DNA of 25,758 bases from Octopus sinensis (taxonomy: Eukaryota), in NCBI RefSeq assembly GCF_006345805.1, contig NW_021836056.1:1-25758 (forward strand), read 5' to 3'. The translations under genes and the position numbers were made by a program. Positions 1 through 10,803 of the stretch are shown here, in pieces. Position 1 is the stretch's first letter. The number at the start of each line of letters is the position of its first letter. The notes beneath the pieces were generated by a model. The model saw only the letters and a list, made by a program, of their open reading frames with translations, did no database searches and was not told the origin of the DNA.

Positions 1-413
1 TCGTTGATGATGATAATGATGATGATGATGATGACGACTACAACGACAACGACGGAACAACAACGGCAACGCTCAACGAATTGACGACGATGATGATAAA
101 TATGATGACGGTGGGTGATGATGATGTTGATGAAGGTGGTGATGATGATGATGATGATGAGGAGGAGGAGGAGGAGGAGGAGGAGGAGAAGGAGGAGGTT
201 CGTGGTGGTGGTGGTGCTGAATGTAGTGATAATGATGATGATGACGATGACGATGACGATGTCGACGACGATGATGATGAAGATGCTGGATATGAAGATG
301 TTTGTGATGATGATGATGATGAGAGATGATAATGATAATGATGATGACGATGATGATGATAATGATGATGAAGGTGATGATGATGATGATGATGATGATG
401 ACGAGGATGATGG

Positions 414-444
<31 letters not shown>

Positions 445-615
445 AATGATAATGATGATGATGATGATGACGAGGATGATGGTGATGATGATGATGATGA
501 TGATGATAATGATAATGATGATGATGATGATGACGAGGATGATGGTGGTGGTGATAACGGTATTGATGAAGATGATGACGACGACAGCGATGACGGCGAC
601 GGCGATTATGATGAT
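1..615. repeat. Compound (GAT)n microsatellite with (GAG)n and (GTG)n segments
   Basis: Direct reading; explains the poly-D/M/H/I ORFs at 73-705. Confidence 0.97.
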
Positions 616-1083
616 CACTATCGCTATATCAGCGGATTCCAAGCAGTTAAATTGGATTACAGGTTTGTACGCCAACTTAGCGTCACTGGCCATTTAAGAT
701 ACTGATTCCGTCTTTGAATACCACCAAGACAAACCTCGACGTAATACTTTCTGCCCGCATTATAAACAATGGAACTTAACATACGCTATCCGTTAATGGC
801 GACCAATTACACTGAAATACACCGGTGAATCAAAATCCATGCGAACCGAACCCCTGCAGTAAATACAAAACATGAAATTGATATTCCAACTCTGATTACA
901 AAATCGTTTCCGCGCCTCACCTAAAATATAGGGAATCATCTACGTGATTTTTCAATTATCCTTACCTCGACAGCGTTCGTGAAAGTTCTCGTTTGTCAAT
1001 TTACCCAAGGCGCTAGCGTGATTTGACGAAGTTCTTCTAAGAACTTCTCTGCAAATTTGTAGATCGAACGTTGAAGAATTTCG

Positions 1084-1393
1084 CTTGTTGTTTGTTTCTT
1101 CTCGAGCCATACCTGGCTCATAAGGGCCGGTTTCACGGTTTCCTTGGCGTATAGGTTTCCCCACCTGGACGGGACGCTGTTCCATCGCAGGTGAGTTGCA
1201 AGATGCAGGAAGAAAGAGTGGGAGAAAGTTGTGGCGGAAGAGTCAGCAGAAGTTTCGCAATTACCTTCTGCCGGAGCCGCTTGGAGCTTAGGTGTTTCGC
1301 TCATAAACACACACATCGCCCGGTCTGAGATTCGAACCCGCGATCCCTCGACCGCGCGTCCGCTGCTCTAACCACTAGGCCGTGTGCTTCCAC
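1084..1393 (-). mobile_element. tRNA-derived SINE, family B, full length
   Basis: Minus strand has A box (CGGCCTAGTGGTTAG), B box (GGTTCGAATC) and an (ACA)-type tail; homologous to 14951-15230; candidate TSD aagaatttcg 1074-1083 / aaaaatttcg 1394-1403. Confidence 0.9.
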
Positions 1394-1407
1394 AAAAATT
1401 TCGGTTC

Positions 1408-1490
1408 ATAAATATGATGGTGATGATGGTAATGATGATCGTGGTGGTGGTGGTGTTGAATGTGGTGATAATGATGATGATGATGACGTA
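1408..1490. repeat. Short (ATG)/(GTG) microsatellite related to 96-250
   Basis: Shares a 44-nt signature with 201-244. Confidence 0.9.
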
Positions 1491-1699
1491 CGTCACTTTT
1501 GATGATTCTCTCCTTTTATCTTCTCTTCTCGATCCGAACTTAGTGAGTGAAACGGTGCACAGTTGTAAAGAAGTCCGTCGAACGAACTATACTCTGATTT
1601 CTTTATGCTACCTGCCCTATAAATATTTCCCTCATCACAGATATTTACCTGTCAGCACTATAAGGAACCATTCTACAGTTACACAATGTATAATTCTCG

Positions 1700-1930
1700 A
1701 AGGCGGCGAGCTGGCAGAATCGTTAGCACGCAGGGCGAAATGCTTAGCCGTTTCGTCTGCCGTTACGTTCTGAGTTCAAATTCCGCCGAGGTCGACTTTG
1801 CCTTTCATCCTTTCGGGGTCGATAAATTAGGTACCAGTTACGCACTGGGGTCGATATGATCGAATTCATCCGTTTGTCTGCCCTCGTTTGTCCTCTCTGT
1901 GTTTAGATCCTTGTGGGTAGTAAAGAAATA
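1700..1930 (+). mobile_element. tRNA-derived SINE, family A, full length
   Basis: Head AAGGCGGCGAGCTGGCAGAATCGTTAG, B box GAGTTCAAATTCC, central GTCGACTTTGCCTTTCATCCTTTCGGGGTCGAT; about 10 related copies in window; 17-bp TSD 1683-1699 / 1934-1950 (1 mismatch). Confidence 0.95.
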
Positions 1931-2420
1931 TATACAATGTATAATTCTTGGTAAAGTGACAGAAAATGAAAGGGGAAATTCCCTTGGGAATAGAGTAGCT
2001 AACGTTTCGAAGATCCCTTTGGAATAAAGATAACAGGAGTGATATAAAACAAAATGGCATGGATCATTTGAAGCTCTGTTCAATTTCATATATTTCCCTA
2101 TTGTCATGTTTACCAAGTAAAAGGACTCTCTTCGAAACAGCAATAACGTTATAATCTAGCAGCCAGTTTGTCTTTTCGATGCAGCCCACTGTAGGTTTGC
2201 TTCAAGCCTGTTAAATTGACGTATGAATCAGAAAACTATATCTACGCAATAATTTGAACTCTTCCTATAAAAGTTGTGGAACAGAATGAGATGCGATATT
2301 TAAAACGCAGATCTGCAGCTTTAGAAGAACATAAACGCACATAAATGCTGTTAGTAGAATCTTAGCTTATCTAATCAATGGTGTTACGTACGATAGCCAC
2401 TAAACGGTTTTTATTGTACC

Positions 2421-2488
2421 TCTATCTCTCTCTCTCTGTTTCAATCTCTCTCTTCATATATATATTAATATGTATATATATATATATA
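2421..2488. repeat. (CT)n then (TA)n microsatellite
   Basis: Direct reading. Confidence 0.9.
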
Positions 2489-2665
2489 CCGGAGTAAACA
2501 CATAAATGTGAAACAAGGTGGAAAAAAGAGTACTCAAATACCAGTGGTAGAGTAATATGCTTTATTTTAAGCAGCAGAAAATTCAACAAAATCTGTTACT
2601 CTGAAACGGCAACGAGAAACTCAGAGTAACAGATTTTGTTGAATTTTCTGCTGCTTAAAATAAAG
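2487..2665. mobile_element. Inverted pseudo-LTR-like remnant, probably from a Penelope-like element
   Basis: Perfect 45-bp inverted repeat 2560-2604 / 2621-2665; both outer ends abut (TA)n; AATAAA near the end of the right arm; hammerhead half at the junction. Confidence 0.65.
2601..2632 (+). ncRNA. 5'-truncated minimal type I hammerhead ribozyme remnant
   Basis: CTGA-A, ACG-GCAA-CGA, GAAAC-TCAGA-GTA, ACAG; core lacks the UG of CUGAUGA, so predicted inactive. Confidence 0.55.
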
Positions 2666-3295
<630 letters not shown>

Positions 3296-3494
3296 AAACT
3301 AATTAAATTCGAAAACTTTTCATAAGCTGTTGAAATTTTCCGAAAAAATTTAAAAAATATGCTACATTCTCTTTTTGTTGTTGTTGATGTTTTTTTTTTC
3401 GATCAGCGTCTTTGATGCTGTTTCTATAGTTCTTGATGCTCCATGTAATTATTCTTGTTGTTGCCGTTTCTTCGTCGCTGATAGCAATGCAGTG

Positions 3495-3745
<251 letters not shown>

Positions 3746-3889
3746 GTGACATTGTTTGCAATGGTCGCTGTTTTGACTTGCTCTTTTCTGTTTTGTTTTT
3801 TGTGTTTCTTTTATTTTGTTCTGTTGGATGACAATACCAGCGAGAAAAAGGAAAGAGGCGGAAACCATGACAACGACGAGAACAACAGC

Positions 3890-3891
3890 AT

Positions 3892-3937
<46 letters not shown>

Positions 3938-4021
3938 TTCGTCATCATCATCGTGATCATCTTCATCATCATCATCATCATCATCATAATCATCATCGTC
4001 GTCGCCGTCGTCATCATCCTT

Positions 4022-4053
<32 letters not shown>

Positions 4054-4130
4054 TATCATCATCATCATCATCATCTCATCATCATCATCATCGTTATCGT
4101 CATCATCATCATCAACACCACCACCACTAC

Positions 4131-4167
<37 letters not shown>

Positions 4168-4205
4168 GTCATCGTCATCATCATCATCAACACCACCACC
4201 ACTAC

Positions 4206-4248
<43 letters not shown>

Positions 4249-4286
4249 GTCATCGTCATCATCATCATCAACACCACCACCACTAC

Positions 4287-4326
<40 letters not shown>

Positions 4327-4365
4327 GTCATCATCATCATATACCTTCAACAACAACAACAACAA
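3890..4365. repeat. (CAT)n microsatellite with higher-order units
   Basis: Marker CAACACCACCACCACTAC recurs at 4113, 4188 and 4269. Confidence 0.95.
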
Positions 4366-4466
4366 TATAAAAAAGAAATAATCCTCAGAAACTTAGAGAC
4401 AGAAAGTAAAAAAAAAAAAAAAAGAAAGACAACTATTAAGAAAAACACTGAAATACGGTGGTTGGT

Positions 4467-4560
4467 TCAGAGAGGGATGGTGGTGGTGGAGGTGGTGGTG
4501 GTGGTGGTGGAGGTGGTGGTGGTGGTGGTGGTGGAGGTGGATGTGGTGGGGTGGGGCGAT
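4467..4560. repeat. (GGT)n microsatellite
   Basis: Direct reading. Confidence 0.93.
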
Positions 4561-4635
4561 GAGGTCGAGAAATTTGATATAACGGTATTCACGTAGTTGT
4601 AAAGTGCATATCTATTATAAGGGAGAACAATTGCA

Positions 4636-5215
4636 TGCATATATATTCTATACATTATATACATTATATATATGTATATATGCATTAAATATGCATACGT
4701 ATATATATGTGTATGTATATATAGATATACGTATATATATTTATATATATATATATATATATGTATTATATATATGTATGTATATATATATATGTATGTA
4801 TGTATATACATATATATATAAATATAAATATGGGTACATATATGCATATATATATATGCATATAATTATACATGCATATACATATATATATATATGTATA
4901 CATATATGTGTGTGCGCACGTATGTATGTATATATATATGTATATGTGTGTGTATATATATATGTATATATATGTATGTATATATATATATATGTTTATA
5001 TATATGTGTGTGTGTGTATATGTATATATATGCATATATATGTGTATATATGTATATATATATATGTGTGTGTATATGAATATATATACATACATGCATG
5101 TATATATATATATATATATCAGAAAAACTAAATTTATAAATCTCTCGTAGAGACATGTGCGGTGGTGATGTGCGTGTGTGTGTGTGTGTTGTGTGTGTGT
5201 GTGTGTGTGTACATG
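4636..5215. repeat. (TA)n / (TG)n compound microsatellite
   Basis: Direct reading. Confidence 0.93.
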
Positions 5216-5506
5216 GATGTACATGAAAAATTATTATCAGCAGATTCTATTGTCTTGAAGTTCTGTACTCCATTATAGTTAATATTCTCTTCTTGTTTAT
5301 CTTTTTTCACATTTTTAAACTTTTTTTTCATAATTTCATTTTCGTTTCTTGCTTTTTTATTTTTTGTTACACTTTTGCTGAATCATTTTATTGGTTTATC
5401 TTGACTGATTCTTGGGTTGGTTTTGTTCTTGTTGCTGCTGCTGTTAGAGTTGTTGTCTTTTTATTTCGTGTCATATATTCTTGCATTAATGAAAGAATGT
5501 CTATTT

Positions 5507-5896
5507 TACACACATGTATATATATATATTTATATATACACATATATATACATATATACATGTATATATATATATTTATATATTATATATATATATTATA
5601 TATATATATATATAATATATATATATATACATTATATATATTTATATACTGATATGTATATTTGTACATGTATATACATATACACATGTCTATGGTTCTA
5701 TGTATAAACGTATATATACATGTAGGAGTACGTAAATACAAACATACATGTACGTGTGCATACATACATAGACACATATATATGTGAAGATATAATACTT
5801 GTACACATGTACATCCACACATATAAATTCATATGTGTGTATGTGCATGTATGTGTGTGTATGTGTGTGTGTGTGTGTATGTGTGTGTGTGTGTGT
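5507..5896. repeat. (TA)n / (CA)n / (TG)n compound microsatellite
   Basis: Direct reading. Confidence 0.93.
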
Positions 5897-6556
5897 CTTT
5901 TAATAACCATTGTTTAAAATGTCGCATTAAAAGGTGACTGCCAGTAAAGAATTGTTGCGTTCTGTGGTGGGAATATGGCCAAACAATATTTTTTTCAGAT
6001 TCTCAAGTCTTTCAGGAATTGGTGATGCCATTCTATAACTTTGTAACTGAAAGATCGATAGGGAGGTTGAACTGGAAAGATCGGAAGATTGGGGGAAAAC
6101 AAGGTTGTTGCTAGTTTGGCCGCGGTAAATATAGAACAGTCGACAACATGGCGCTGTATTCGGTAGAGCGCAGTGTCTAAGATGGCGTTTATTTGGTAGA
6201 ATGATCAGTGAAATGTATAGAAGAACATATGATGGTTGCTCCGCAGAATTGGTAAAGTAAATGCCTAGAAAGCATGGGTGGTTTTGAAGAATTTATTGAG
6301 CAATATGCGATAAAGTTTGGAGGACTCGAATAATTAGGAACTAGGAGAGATAGAGTTGATAAGATGTCAGTAGATTCTAAGAGTTGAAGAGCTGTGGGTG
6401 ACAGAACGCTGGTCGAGTCGAAGAATCAGCAGAGGAATGGAATAAAAAACGGTGGTGGATTCCAAGAAAGGTTTAGAAGTGGTTGAGAAAATGGTTGTGT
6501 AATCGAAGAATTAGTTGAGAGATGGGTGAGTTCGAAGAATTTGTAAAAACCTCAAT

Positions 6557-6822
6557 TGTCAAAAGTATCCGGACTGTTACCATGGTAATGAAGCTAAAGG
6601 ACACAGAGTAAAGCCGCTTGACACAGATTGACTTTGAACTCTACTGCACAGGCGTACAAAGGTTTAACGCTGTATCTGACTCCCGCTGTTTACAGCAGTG
6701 CTTGGAAGGACGGTGTGTAGCGTGGGATCGTCGCATCCATCATGCCGGAGAAATTTGAGCTGAGAATCTGTATCAAATTTTCCCAAAAACTTGGCGATAC
6801 CTGCTGAGAGGCCTACACTAAG
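6557..6822 (+). mobile_element. Mariner-type DNA transposon, 5' remnant
   Basis: TIR-like TGTCAAAAGTATCCGGACTG at about 6557; from ATG 6742 reads MPEKFELRICIKFSQKLGDTC*EAYTK, matching the mariner N-terminal EQRxCIKFCxKLG motif. Confidence 0.8.
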
Positions 6823-6824
6823 TC

Positions 6825-7300
6825 GGAGCTAATCAACTGCAGCATTCGTCCTATTTTTCTGGACTGCCATGTTAGTTTGGCGATAACTATTAATATCCAG
6901 TACCGCTGCCGTAGTCTCCTTTAGAGAGACTTAGATACATTAATAATTCTACTTTTGAAAACCAGTGGATGTATTCCACTGAATTTAGGTAAACAATCTT
7001 TCAAATAGACGGTCAGTAGCGACACCTGCTGGATTCGGCTACTCTGCATTGATAAGGGGAAAATACCCAGAAACTAGTCTGCAAATGACTGACCAGCAAG
7101 GGGAAGCGGCTGACCTCCCCTGTTCGAACACAGGTTCGTGTGTCACATAGCTAGCTAGAGGCGATGGCCTCTTGGAGCTAATCAACGGCAGCATTCGTCC
7201 TATATTTCCGGACTGCCATATTAGCTTGGCGATAACTATTAATATCTAGTACCGCTGCCGTAGTCTCCTTTAGAGAGACTTAAAAATATTAATATTTCTA
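6825..7300 (+). mobile_element. Retrozyme-like / non-autonomous Penelope pLTR-like element, 1.36 copies of a 349-bp unit
   Basis: 127-bp direct repeats 6825-6951 and 7174-7300 (10 mismatches by hand); central hammerhead motif; 3' end runs into (TA)n. Confidence 0.7.
7045..7083 (+). ncRNA. Minimal type I hammerhead ribozyme, U3-A8 core variant
   Basis: Stem I TGCA/TGCA; core TTGATAA; stem II GGG/CCC with loop AAAATA and a G-A closing mismatch; GAAA; C-TA-G stem III with palindrome ACTAGT; GTC triplet, predicted cut after 7079. Confidence 0.75.
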
Positions 7301-7480
7301 TATATATATATATGTGTGTGTTTGTGTGTGTATGTATATACACATGTAAGCGGACATAGGTATATCCGTATATATATTTATACACGCACACACACACACA
7401 CACAGAGACACACAGACACAGACACAGACACACACACACACACACACAACACACACACACACACACACATATATATATTT
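7301..7480. repeat. (TA)n / (TG)n / (CA)n microsatellite
   Basis: Direct reading. Confidence 0.9.
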
Positions 7481-7481
7481 T

Positions 7482-7714
7482 AAGGCGGCGAGCTGGCAGA
7501 AACGTTACAACGCCGGGCGAAATGCGTAGCCGTATTTCGTCTGTCGTTACGTTGTGAGTTCAAATTCCGCCGAGGTCGACTTTGCCTTTCATCCTTTCGG
7601 GGTCGATAAATAAAGTACCAGTTACGCACTGGGGTCGATGTAATCGACTTAATCCATTTGTCTGTCATTGTTTGTCCCCCCTATATTTAGCCCCTTGTGG
7701 GCAATAACGAAATA
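7482..7714 (+). mobile_element. SINE family A, full length
   Basis: Collinear with 1700-1930. Confidence 0.93.
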
Positions 7715-8316
7715 TATATATATATAGATATATACGAACGTAAGCGGACATAGGTATAACCGTATATATATGTTTCGCCATATATTATTTTCTAGTTAGC
7801 AGTATTACTACTCCTAGCTCTCTTCGAATACGATAACACTAACTTAATTTATCGCATTCCTTAAGCCAACTTCACCTTTCCAATCGTTCACCTTTTCCAC
7901 AAATCATTCCAAAGTGTTACATCAGCCGCTCAATCAATCATCATTTCTAAAAGATGTAATCAATGTCTTCGTATTCATGTTATCTGTCTAAAAATGTCGG
8001 CAGCTGTCAGTCAGCCATTAACGTAGTTTTGCGTTTCATTTCCTTAATCAATTTTTCTCACATTCGTCATTTTTTTTAACACATCCTTTAACTTTGTGCA
8101 GAACAGTATTGCAATATTAGGACTGAATCGCAGCTGAATATTTCAGAGATGAAATATTATTGTTTATCATAATATTGTTTTTGATGTTGTAGTTGTTGTT
8201 GTTGTTGTTGTTGTCGGTGTTAGTGTTATAGTAAAGTTAGTGCAGCGATGCTCTCACCAAACAGCCGTGTTCTAGCCATGGATATCCCGCAAATATTTTC
8301 TCTGAGAATATACATC

Positions 8317-8547
8317 TATTTCTTTACTACCCACAAGGGGGGGGGGCTAACCACAGAGAGGACAAACAAGGACAGGCAAATGGATTAAGTTGATTACATC
8401 GACCCCAGTGCGTAACTGGTACTTAATTTATCGAAAGGATGAAAAGCAATGTCGACCTCGGCGGAATTTGAACCCAGAACGTAACGGCAGACGAAATACC
8501 GCTAAGCATTCCGTCCGGCGCGCTAACGTTTCTGCCTGTTCGCTGCC
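8317..8547 (-). mobile_element. SINE family A, full length
   Basis: Reverse complement of family A; 20-bp TSD tttctctgagaatata(c/t)atc at 8297-8316 / 8548-8567. Confidence 0.93.
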
Positions 8548-8573
8548 TTTCTCTGAGAATATATATCGATAGA

Positions 8574-8865
8574 GTCCTGAACCGTGTCAAGCTGTCCAAG
8601 ATATTAATCCTGCCCTAACAGCGCCGTTTGCGCTGGTTCGGTCAGATATACAGTATGTTGGACCGGAGGATCTCAAAAGACCCTCATCCGTATCGGGAAT
8701 TTGGCACCGACACAAGAGCACGACTACGACCTCGTCATTTTTTCAAGGATGTCTTCCAGAAATATATGAAGTTAATAGATCTGTGCATCATTAGATAGAA
8801 AGAGGTCGCAAATGGTCGCTCACGCTGGAAAGAAGTAATACGCAAGCGGATGGAACGACGGGAAG
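8574..8865 (+). mobile_element. RTE-clade LINE ORF2 C-terminal remnant
   Basis: One frame with 2 stops: QRRLRWFGQIYSMLDRRISKD...RPRHFFKDVFQKYMK...VANGRSRWKEVIR, matching RTE RRLRWLGHVxRM..GRPxLRFKD..DRSxWR. Confidence 0.88.
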
Positions 8866-9348
8866 AAAGGATTAGAGGCAAAGTCGACCTCGGCGGAATT
8901 TGAACTCAGAACGTACAGCAGACGAAATACCTATTTCTTTACTACCCACAAGGGGCTAAACACAGAGGGGACAGACAAGAACAGACAAACAGATTAAGTC
9001 GATTATATCTATCCCAGTGCGTAAGTGGTACTTAATTTATCGACCCCGAAAGGATGAAAGGCAAAGTCGACTTCGGCGGAATTTGAACTCAGAACGTAGC
9101 GGCAGAAGAAATACCTATTTCTATACTACCCACAAGGGGCTAAACACAGAGGGGACAAACAAGGACAGACAAACGGATTAAGTCGATTATATCGACACCA
9201 GTGCGTAACTGGTACTTAATTTAATCGACCCCGAAAGGATGAAAGGCAAAGTCGACCTCGGCGGAATTCGAACTCACAACGTAACGCAGACGAAATACTG
9301 CTAAGCTTTTCGCCCGGTATGCTAACGATTCTGCCAGCTCACCGCCTT
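8866..9348 (-). mobile_element. Head-to-tail SINE family A array: one full copy plus two units lacking the A box
   Basis: Full copy 9116-9348, unit 8932-9115 (184 bp), partial unit 8866-8931. Confidence 0.92.
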
Positions 9349-9357
9349 GGCTGTTCT

Positions 9358-9920
9358 AATATTAAACAGCAACTGTATTGCGTGTGCCCCTCAATTACCT
9401 TTGAAATATTCTTTATTTTTACTGTGAAGTTTATATATTGTAATTTAGAATTCCAGATGGTATGGTCACGACTGGAAAGGCTTTGAATACAGACCTATTA
9501 AATGAAGGTTGATCAAATATTAAACAGCAACATTGTTGTGTTTGGCCATCAATTAATTTTGAATATTTCCTTATTTTCACTGTGAAGTTTATATATTTAT
9601 CTTAATTTAGAATTCCCGATGGTATGGTCACGACTGGAAAGGATTTGAATATAGAGATATTAAATGAAGGTTGATCAAATATTAAACAGCGACATTGTTG
9701 TGTTTGGCCCTCAATTAATTTTGAATATATCCCTATTTTTAATATGAAGCTTATATATTTATTTTAATTTAGAATTCCCGATGGTATGGTCACGACTGGA
9801 AAGGCTTTCAATACAGGGATATTAAATGAAGGTTGATCAAATATTAAACGGCAACTGTACTCCGTTTGGCCCTCAATTAATTTTGAATATTTCCCTATTT
9901 TTAATGTGAAGTTTATATTT
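9358..9920. repeat. About 160-bp tandem minisatellite, 3.5 units
   Basis: Unit starts AATATTAAAC at 9358, 9516, 9678 and 9840; conserved GATGGTATGGTCACGACTGGAAAGG. Confidence 0.93.
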
Positions 9921-10485
9921 TTTGCAATATTGTTTATTAAGTTTCTATATTTCGCAATTTCACGATATTCTTTGGAAGATTTCCATCGCACATCCAACAA
10001 CACGAACAACAACAACAAAAGTCAATAAGTATACGAAAAATCAAATAATATAATAAAAATATAATGAAATTAAAATATAAACAAAAATAAGAATAATAAC
10101 GCTAATAAATAACAATAAATATATAATAAAATAAACATAAATAACGAGTTTTAATTTGTTATTTTGCGTTTTACATATTTTTTTTTTTATTTGATAGTCT
10201 GAACAGAATGGTAATTCGGATTTCCGTTTCCAAATTCTAATTTTATTGCATGCGGTTCTTTAAACGAAATGAAGGATTTCATTATTTGTTTCATTATTTA
10301 TTTATGTATTTTACTTATTTATTTATCTATTTATTTATTTACTAATTTTTCCAATATTCTAATTATCGAATTGTTTGCTGCCTTAAATACAATACCATTT
10401 AAAATTCTGTGGAAATCTCGTGGAGTTACGACGTGAGTAAAGATTAATCAATGAACCAGGAAACAAAGCCATTTCCGATAATTAA

Positions 10486-10520
10486 CTAAATATTAGTGTC
10501 ATCATTATCATTATCATTAC

Positions 10521-10574
<54 letters not shown>

Positions 10575-10585
10575 CATTATTATTA

Positions 10586-10617
<32 letters not shown>

Positions 10618-10730
10618 TTTATCATAATTATTATTACTATTATTATTATTATCATTATTATTATTATTGTTATTATTATTATTTATTATTATTATTATCA
10701 TTAGTATTATTATTACTATTATTATTATTA

Positions 10731-10767
<37 letters not shown>

Positions 10768-10803
10768 CATTATTATTAGTATTAGTATTACTATTATTAT
10801 TAT
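10486..10803. repeat. (ATT)n microsatellite
   Basis: Direct reading. Confidence 0.96.

Noticed and set aside
73-705. Long ORFs rich in D, M, I and H
   Set aside because: Translation of (GAT)n in stop-free frames; no domain or splice support
854-965. Minus-strand GTAAG donor (965) and TTTACTGCAG acceptor (854) defining a 112-nt intron
   Set aside because: The downstream exon hits a stop within about 20 codons in all frames, and no recognisable protein results; such pairs occur by chance
1028-1047. Hairpin GAAGTTCTT-CT-AAGAACTTC
   Set aside because: Isolated 9-bp stem with no context
1321-1393. tRNA-like sequence
   Set aside because: SINE head; no complete cloverleaf, and it continues into the SINE body. 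The same applies to the other heads
4467-4560. G-quadruplex potential of (GGT)n
   Set aside because: Generic property of the microsatellite; nothing locus-specific
6825-7300. TRIM or LTR retrotransposon interpretation
   Set aside because: No TG...CA termini, primer-binding site, polypurine tract or TSD recognised
9358-9920. CRISPR-like repeat-spacer array
   Set aside because: Whole units are homologous, with no unique spacers; eukaryotic context
9764-10018. 84-aa ORF across the minisatellite
   Set aside because: Other units have indels and stops; no motif
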